Virus record (IMG/VR): IMGVR_UViG_3300035181_002482 | Direction: 5' to 3' (one strand) | DNA length: 64,000 bases | DNA from: an uncultured virus (IMG/VR IMGVR_UViG_3300035181_002482) | Lineage: Duplodnaviria; Heunggongvirae; Uroviricota; Caudoviricetes | Shown here: piece after piece, positions 58,801-64,000 of the stretch | How positions within the stretch are numbered: the stretch's first letter is position 1 | Layout: every line of letters begins with the position of its first letter | The notes under the pieces: generated by a model | What the model saw: only the letters and a program-made list of their open reading frames with translations | Told to the model about the DNA's origin: nothing | The model's database searches: none | Made by a program: the position numbers and the translations under genes

Positions 58801-59092
58801 TGAGCCCAGCGATCACCGCTGGCCAGATCGCGTCGGGCCAGTGCTTCTTCCGCCCGGAGTTACCCTTGTACAGCGGAAGGTACGCGGCCTCGCCATGGGC
58901 CCAGCTGAAGCTGCAGCCAATAACCTCGATGTCGAGAACACTAAACTCACGAGCGGCATCCTTCGCCCGGTGGCTTTTCCCGGTGGTGTGATCCGTCTCG
59001 ATGTCGAAGGCGAGGCGCTTGGCGCTGCGCAGCTTCTGAAAGAGCCAGTGCAGTTTCTTGGGGGTGTTGACGAGGGTATAGTGCCTGTTCAC
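55808..59092 (-). CDS. polA: family A DNA polymerase with 3'-5' exonuclease and intein
   Basis: FDIET, HNGKFD, YACGD, TSTGR, DQSQIELR, AK/SINFGILYG, IHDE; GTG start coupled to upstream TGA. Confidence 0.95.
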   Translation of the reverse strand: MNRHYTLVNTPKKLHWLFQKLRSAKRLAFDIETDHTTGKSHRAKDAAREFSVLDIEVIGCSFSWAHGEAAYLPLYKGNSGRKKHWPDAIWPAVIAGLKEILESSTPKIMHNGKFDVQWIFRNFDIEIAAFVFDTMLAHYLLDEKRAESNHGLKDLTATEWPESAGYENDLHKALEYHDPVMQRYSSVPLDILYEYACGDVDYTLRLADIFAARLTEDQLDVQMDEITMPLQWVCMMAERIGIPVDVPKIHQLIDLYTADIATLTEQSRELAGVDADFNFGSPDQLSELLYVTFGLPEQRDPKTGEVTVDGEALEALAKLDPHPCLPVIAKLRKKMYALGLFHMTLKGVDKKTGRIYPNFKLHQTSTGRIACENPNTQNWPRPPNGIDVKDQFCAPDGMVIVMADQSQIELRVAATLSKEPVWLSAFLEDQDLHSKTAKAIFNLDCLVELVKEMYDDKRTAAKCFHPDTEVLTRSGWKRILDLADGEQIAQAVASDGYKVDLSWVTPIQVYSMPNEHDHLIHLKNEGIDIRVTPDHGMLAFGVTGEPKRVMPHEMAKQRSWANAGTLADTGGEWAPDEPLLRLAVAIQAEGSITGDGAAVLNFSTQRKIDRCRSLLTRAGVMFTEHTRDAKPEQVTNFRIPRTEAEPVLALLDEKKFDHRWLTLTAALREVVLDEVKHWASHVRPSWKRVRYSSVEKQNIDILQGLASLSGRKTLIGLSDPHGCYHLSIKDHHLTRGKNLDTRKLAYTGEVACLAVPSSTILVRDGGVPVILKNSINFGILYGQTEYGLSNALKITREAASALIENYFENLGILKEYLDTVVTFARNHGYVVNEFGRRRRVPQLLAYIPEKPRKPASAPTCWGRVKESANLLWTKELKDIDLPRQLPMLEDTRGLQELAGPIKESCGKCHQISGCTLEILRRSREQENSKLEREVQNFMIQSTATADLTAIAWAQILKICVEVGIPLLNHHTDRDGVGPINVIHDELVFLCSLKYAPALMRIMEDVMVNVYPSSLVPLKIDMEVVRRWGDKHRKPAKDANDAEKARVKALHLTEKAIRAECAAATIEVYELPPSYVGYRPGQLGGEYGPSITSPA
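56774..57706 (-). mobile_element. intein in polymerase motif B (311 aa, ends KN)
   Basis: RTAAK|CFHPDT...VPVILKN|SINFG; TPDH block B. Confidence 0.92.
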
Positions 59093-59259
59093 GACGGCCT
59101 CCCTTGGCCCTTGCAACGATCGAAGGCGGCGGGGCAGAAACGGGAGTCCGTGCAAACACGCTCCTCGTAACACCCAAAGCAATCCGGGTTCTCACAGACA
59201 TCAACGGGCTTGAGAGGGGTTATCTCACCGATAATCAGGGGTCGCTTCTTTACGGCCAT
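59089..59259 (-). CDS. 56-aa Cys-rich protein (absent from the ORF track)
   Basis: MAVKKRP..CENPDCFGCYEERVCTDSRFCPAAFDRC; GAGG RBS; TATAAT upstream; GTGA overlap with polA. Confidence 0.75.
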   Translation of the reverse strand: MAVKKRPLIIGEITPLKPVDVCENPDCFGCYEERVCTDSRFCPAAFDRCKGQGRPS

Positions 59260-59304
59260 TCATACCTCATGATCAACACTGATTATAACGATTCCACGAA
59301 AGCA

Positions 59305-59326
59305 AAAGGCCCCTTGCGGGGCCTTT
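59305..59326 (-). terminator. intrinsic terminator
   Basis: AAAGGCCCC-gcaa-GGGGCCTTT followed by T-rich tract on minus strand. Confidence 0.8.
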
Positions 59327-59355
59327 CGTGAGCAACGTCGATCAGATTGATTCGA

Positions 59356-60864
59356 TCAGGCGGTCGCCACCGCAGGGGCTGCATCCGCGGCTGGCGCGGC
59401 CTCGGCCTTGGGCTCCTTCGGGGCCCGCACGACCGGCACCGAGGCCATCACCTTGGTCGAGTTGATCATGCCGCCGCTCAGCTCGATCAGGCCCTTGGCG
59501 GCGCTGAGATCGCCGATGACGCTGTTGAACCGGATCTCGGCGGTGAAGCCGCGCTCCTTGACCATGGCGAGCAGGTCGTTGCGGCTGATCTTGGACGCCG
59601 GGTCCTTGAGGATCTGGAGGACCGTGAAGGCGAGGCTGCCCTGGCGGTAGCCCTCGATCTCGTGGGCCTGCAGGCCCTCCGGCTTCTCCACCTTGGCGCC
59701 GGGCGGCGCGTTCGGGTCCTTCGGTGCCTTGGGGGCGCGGGGGGTCTTGGCGGCCTTGGGCTCCTTCGGGGCACGGGGCGCCTTGACCGCGATCGGGGTG
59801 AACTCGGCCGGCTCGCAGGTGGCGAAGGTGTACGTCTTGACCGCCGCCGTGCCCTCGCCCGTCGAGGTGCTCGTGATGGCGCCGGATGCCTCGAGTGCGT
59901 CGAGGAGGGGGAAGAGCTTCTTGTGGACGAAGATCCCGTCACGGAGGCCGCTCGACTTGCAGATGGTCTCGAGCGTGGCGGTCTTGAGCGCCGCCAGCAT
60001 AGAGACGGCGCGGTATCCGACGCTGGTCGGGGCCAGGTCATAGACCCACGCGATCTTGTCGACGAGGCTGTCGGAGGCCGGATTCGCGGGCTTGGGCTTC
60101 TTCTCCTTCTTCTCCTTCTTGACCTTGCCACCCTCGGCGCCATCGGCCGCTGCGGGCGCGGCCGGGGGCAGCGGAGGGGGCGCTGGATAGTTGTCCGGCG
60201 TTGTGGCGGGGACGGCAGTCGTGGAGTCGGAGGAGGCGGGGTTCGTGTCCATGGGGGTCATCTCGTTCGTTGTCGGGGGTACTGCGTTAGCGAGGGTAGG
60301 GATAGCGATCGTTTCGGGGGATGCAACCTCGATCGGCAAACTTTCGACCGGGAGGCTGGCGGCTGCAGGGGGTGCGACCCCCAAGAGGCTAGAGGAGACT
60401 GTTGCCGTATCGGGGGATGGCGAATCGATACGAGGGGCCGCGCTGACCGGATGGTCGACTGGCTCCTTGGCGGGAACGAAGAGCTTGGGGGTGCTTGGCG
60501 GGGGCAGCACCTGGTTAGCAGCTGGCTTGCTAAGCCTCTCAATCAGGCTGAGAAGTTCCGGGTAGCTCAGGCTCTCGAGGTGAGCCTTGTGCTCGTCGTT
60601 GAATCCTTCGATGAGCCGGCTGGCGTGATAAATCGCGCAGGCATGGGTTATCGCGCATACCTTCGGCGCGGCATCGGTCACCTCGGGGTTGCAGACCCGT
60701 GAGTTGAGCAGGGGGCTCGAGAAACACGGGATCTGACTGATCCTCTCGGGGCGCACTTGGTACCCCGTCATCTTGCCTATTTCTTGCAAGATGGGCAGGG
60801 TGAGTTTGACCGGCTTCGCGATGACTGCCCGGGGCTTGATCTCATCCTTGGCGGGGATATCCAT
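59356..60864 (-). CDS. putative DNA-binding/nucleoid protein (Cys motif, Pro linker, Lys/Pro/Ala tracts, wHTH-like domains)
   Basis: KAPRAPKEPKAAKTPRAPKAPKDPNAP; likely start MDIPAK. Confidence 0.7.
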   Translation of the reverse strand: MDIPAKDEIKPRAVIAKPVKLTLPILQEIGKMTGYQVRPERISQIPCFSSPLLNSRVCNPEVTDAAPKVCAITHACAIYHASRLIEGFNDEHKAHLESLSYPELLSLIERLSKPAANQVLPPPSTPKLFVPAKEPVDHPVSAAPRIDSPSPDTATVSSSLLGVAPPAAASLPVESLPIEVASPETIAIPTLANAVPPTTNEMTPMDTNPASSDSTTAVPATTPDNYPAPPPLPPAAPAAADGAEGGKVKKEKKEKKPKPANPASDSLVDKIAWVYDLAPTSVGYRAVSMLAALKTATLETICKSSGLRDGIFVHKKLFPLLDALEASGAITSTSTGEGTAAVKTYTFATCEPAEFTPIAVKAPRAPKEPKAAKTPRAPKAPKDPNAPPGAKVEKPEGLQAHEIEGYRQGSLAFTVLQILKDPASKISRNDLLAMVKERGFTAEIRFNSVIGDLSAAKGLIELSGGMINSTKVMASVPVVRAPKEPKAEAAPAADAAPAVATA

Positions 60865-60932
60865 CGTCGACTCACTGTGGTAAGGTTGCACTTCTCTGTC
60901 AAGCACGCGATGTGAAAAAGCATCGATGTCGA

Positions 60933-61328
60933 TCAGAATGGCAAGTCCCCGGTGAGGCAAAGGGCAACAAACGCATCACGGCCCCGGATAAGCAGCGGGG
61001 ATTCCAAGGGGAGCTGCGCTGGGAGATCACGCTGGATCAGATGGAACCCGATGTCGGAGATCCCGAGAACGGCCAGGAGATACGGGGGCGCCGGAGGGGT
61101 GGGTAGGATCACCACCCCGTCCTGCGTCATGGCCATCACGCCGGGGAGGCGCAGCTGCCCGATAACGAGCGATCCGCCCTCGTACCGACCATGGACCGCC
61201 TTCGTTGGCTCAAGGGCCAGATACGCGGCATAGGCGCCCAGCAAAGGGCCATCCCCGAGGCGAGCCTCCTCGGGCAGGGTGATCCGGGCCACACCGAGAA
61301 GGAAGCCAACGAGGAGGCTCATGGTCAA
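60933..61328 (-). CDS. hypothetical protein
   Basis: ORF adjoining the clamp gene. Confidence 0.6.
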   Translation of the reverse strand: MTMSLLVGFLLGVARITLPEEARLGDGPLLGAYAAYLALEPTKAVHGRYEGGSLVIGQLRLPGVMAMTQDGVVILPTPPAPPYLLAVLGISDIGFHLIQRDLPAQLPLESPLLIRGRDAFVALCLTGDLPF

Positions 61329-62560
61329 TCCAGGCGGAGGGGGATGCTGATCACAGCGACGTTGTGTCGATCTTCGCGGATCACCACAAACGGGGTATGC
61401 TGATCGCGGATGTAAAAGGTGACCTTGTCGCCGCCGAGATTCTTCACGATATCCCGGACATAGGCCCAGTTCATTCCCGTCTTGATCTCGCCGGGGAGCG
61501 GCTCGGGGCAGGTGGCGAGAACCTTGGCCTGACTGCTTCCCTCCGAGTGCTTGTTGAGGCCCTTCAAGGCGATCACGTACTGATCGCCTGTTTGCCCTTC
61601 GACCGTGAACTGCACGCAGTTGTCCTCGCGGAGGAGCGCGACGCTGGCCTTGGCGAGACCATCGAGAAAGTCCGCCGTGCTAATCGTGATCGGGTAGCGG
61701 GGAAGCTCCATAGGCTTCCCTTCGCCGTCCTTGACGGTGATCGGATACTGCTTGTCGCCCATCTTGTGCATCGATAGGGGAGACTGGATATAGTTCCCGA
61801 GCGGGTACTGATCCTCGAGGGCGACGAAGCGTGCCGAGAATCCGGGTCCCTCGAGAACGATCCCGCTGTGCGCGGGATCGAGACCCATGATGGTCCCAGC
61901 GGGAGCTGTGGCCAGGATAGGGACAGCACGGCCCTGGATCACCATCCGGTGATGGCAACCATGATCCAGGGCGAAGCGGGCCAGATAGTACACCTGGACA
62001 CCGAAGGCCACGAACCACACCTCCCCGGGGCGCGTAAGATCGATGAGGACACCCGCGTACTTGTTGTCGGGCCGGGGCTCGGGATCGAGGCAGGCGTTGA
62101 CCTTGACGATGGCTTCGATCATCGATTCCGTGAGCACGAAGCAGGCGGCGCAATCCTTGGGATCGGTCCAGCTCAGCGCGCTGGGCTCCGCGGTGTACGT
62201 GGGGAGCGAGACCTTGAACTCACCCTGCTTGATGATGATCTTCTCATCCTTGGCCTCGAGGGTGATATCGGCGTCCCCATAGCACTGCTTGAGAACTGCC
62301 TGGAACTTGTCGGCGTGAACACGGACGGTGCCATCCTCCTCGGCGTTGATGCTGACGTCGCTGACCGTGTGGAGGTCCATGTCGACCGCGGAGATGTAGA
62401 GCTTGCCGTTCTCCGCATGGATCGTGATGTGGTCGTATTCGGGCTTGAGCGCCGATGCCTTCTTCCGCGACTTGGTACTGTTGCCGTCGCCGGCAACGAG
62501 GCTGGCACGCTCGATCTGGCGGCGGATAGCGTCGGGGGTGGTCTTGATCTTGAGGGGCAT
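61325..62560 (-). CDS. dnaN: DNA polymerase III beta sliding clamp-like protein
   Basis: LYISAVDMDL, EEDGTVRVHADKF, GMNWAYVRDIVK, VISIPLRL. Confidence 0.8.
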   Translation of the reverse strand: MPLKIKTTPDAIRRQIERASLVAGDGNSTKSRKKASALKPEYDHITIHAENGKLYISAVDMDLHTVSDVSINAEEDGTVRVHADKFQAVLKQCYGDADITLEAKDEKIIIKQGEFKVSLPTYTAEPSALSWTDPKDCAACFVLTESMIEAIVKVNACLDPEPRPDNKYAGVLIDLTRPGEVWFVAFGVQVYYLARFALDHGCHHRMVIQGRAVPILATAPAGTIMGLDPAHSGIVLEGPGFSARFVALEDQYPLGNYIQSPLSMHKMGDKQYPITVKDGEGKPMELPRYPITISTADFLDGLAKASVALLREDNCVQFTVEGQTGDQYVIALKGLNKHSEGSSQAKVLATCPEPLPGEIKTGMNWAYVRDIVKNLGGDKVTFYIRDQHTPFVVIREDRHNVAVISIPLRLD

Positions 62561-62562
62561 AG

Positions 62563-63492
62563 TTATCGCTCGAACATGTCGTCGATGATGTGTGCGTTGC
62601 GCGTGCGCCGTTCGACTTCGGTCATCGCGCGGGGTGCATAGACATTAGGGATTGCCTCGAGGGCAGCTTCCCGCGCCCGCCGCTGCAGTCCGACCCCATA
62701 CCGGGGATCTGATCCATCATCGACGGAGAGCATCCGGGCAACCTGCGCGCGGGGATCGATATCCTCCGCCAGAACCGCGTTTAGCTCATCAGCATCGAAA
62801 GCACCCTCTGCCATGAACGCAAGGGCATCGAGCACATCTCGAGGGAGCTTCGATTCGAGATAGGTGTGAAGCTCCCGCTGGGCAAGCTGCTCCTCGGGGT
62901 TGGCCCATTCCGGCGATGCAGCGAGATCAAGCTCGGTGAGGGACGACCCGTCGTCATCGAAAAGCTCACGGGCGGGAGCTTCGGAGTAGACCCTCTGATA
63001 CCTCCCCCGCGTGGTCGAGACCATCCGACGATGCGCCCGCGAGAACACCATCTCGGAGTCCTCCTTCGTGCGCTTCTTGAAGCCGCGCCGTTCCGAGAAG
63101 CGTCGGCTGAACTGCTCCGAGAGGTGTTGAATCATCCCGGTGTAAACGAAGGACGACATCGAGCATTTCTCGAAGTGTTCGACCACGCTTTTCGAGAGAA
63201 GCAGCATCTCGTCCTTGCGCCTGACTAGGTACGCATCCTCGAAGGTCTCGATCACCTCCCAGAGTTGACGCACCTTCCCCGGCGGTGTGTAGCGCACCTG
63301 ATGGAGCCGGTATGACTTGATGTCGAAAACGATCTTGAGAAGCAATCCCTGCTGGCAATCCTCCTCGGATTCCCCTGTGGACTGCATCAGGGAATGGACA
63401 AGGTTGCCGATCTTCGGCATCCATTTCTTGACGACGGCCGCCATCTCGGGGTCTTCCCGGTGCAGGCTTGCCATGAAGCTGGGGGTGATCAA
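62563..63492 (-). CDS. sigma70/ECF-like transcription factor
   Basis: EEDCQQGLL, SMSSFVY, NPEEQLAQREL..KLP; TTG start with AGGAG. Confidence 0.5.
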   Translation of the reverse strand: MITPSFMASLHREDPEMAAVVKKWMPKIGNLVHSLMQSTGESEEDCQQGLLLKIVFDIKSYRLHQVRYTPPGKVRQLWEVIETFEDAYLVRRKDEMLLLSKSVVEHFEKCSMSSFVYTGMIQHLSEQFSRRFSERRGFKKRTKEDSEMVFSRAHRRMVSTTRGRYQRVYSEAPARELFDDDGSSLTELDLAASPEWANPEEQLAQRELHTYLESKLPRDVLDALAFMAEGAFDADELNAVLAEDIDPRAQVARMLSVDDGSDPRYGVGLQRRAREAALEAIPNVYAPRAMTEVERRTRNAHIIDDMFER

Positions 63493-63543
63493 GACGGGTA
63501 CTCCTGCGTCGCCTTGAGGCGGGATAACGACGCTGGAGGCACC

Positions 63544-64000
63544 CTAAAACGAAAAGGTCTGACGGTCAAGGTCAGCGAACGCAAGTTGCAGGGAATCCAG
63601 GCTCATGGTGTCCGGGTCCTTGGCGTACTTGCCGACGTTTATCGTTCCGGGGTTCGTGCCGAGAGCCACAAGATCCCCGTGAAGCTTGCGGATCGCGAGA
63701 TCCGCCTTCAGGTCGAGGGCGATGATCGGCCGGCACCCGTACAGGTTGCAGATGGCGCGGATGCCCATGAGCTGAGGGGCACTCGCCTGGTTGCCCGAGA
63801 GACCGAGGACCGGGAGGCCATAGCTCGCAAAACGAAACACGTCAAACTGGCCCTCCACGATCAACAGGTTATCGATCCGGTCATAGAGGGGGATGCGATG
63901 CACACCAAACAGCCAGCGACCCATCTGGCTTCCGGAGGGGTGTCGATAACGAGGCTCCGTGACGTCGTCCATGGCGCGTCCCGTGAAGGTGGCCAGCTGA
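63544..64000 (-). CDS. dnaG: DnaG-type primase, TOPRIM part (5' end outside window)
   Basis: WLFG, IVEGQFDV, IIALD, KDPD. Confidence 0.85.
   Translation of the reverse strand, partial: QLATFTGRAMDDVTEPRYRHPSGSQMGRWLFGVHRIPLYDRIDNLLIVEGQFDVFRFASYGLPVLGLSGNQASAPQLMGIRAICNLYGCRPIIALDLKADLAIRKLHGDLVALGTNPGTINVGKYAKDPDTMSLDSLQLAFADLDRQTFSF

Noticed and set aside
1..64000. Genome-wide TAG reassignment (code 15)
   Set aside because: TAG ends several genes cleanly and no core gene is interrupted by TAG
1..64000. CRISPR array, integrase or IS element
   Set aside because: No regularly spaced repeats and no recognisable recombinase or transposase motifs

Overview
A 64-kb GC-rich segment of a large (jumbo-type) dsDNA phage, coded almost entirely on the minus strand. 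(1) 1-13 kb: short accessory/early genes (Dda/RecD-like helicase, DUF1643, MmcB-like nuclease, HD hydrolase, SWIM and DnaJ-type Zn fingers), several visibly broken, plus two promoter-driven non-coding stretches with tRNA-like folds. (2) 13-28 kb: probable virion/head proteins with internal repeats and recurring (R/K)-x-A linkers. (3) 28-64 kb: DNA metabolism and expression genes: trigger-factor-like chaperone, RusA-like nuclease, dNMP kinase, SbcC/SbcD, dCTP deaminase, two adenine methyltransferases, class II RNR, RecA, gp32-like SSB, UvsY-like protein, DnaX, family A polymerase, beta clamp, sigma-like factor, primase. Five inteins sit in four of these genes. The clearest unannotated signals are a repeated TTGnnn-N16-TAGGTT promoter placed 6-7 nt before start codons (leaderless expression), strong ATCGAT enrichment, structured ncRNA clusters at 743-1290 and 11111-11263, and lesions clustered near the starts of promoter-proximal genes. 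Two proteins resemble families I recall from myxobacteria, suggesting a Myxococcota host. All family calls are motif recognition by eye; no database search was run.
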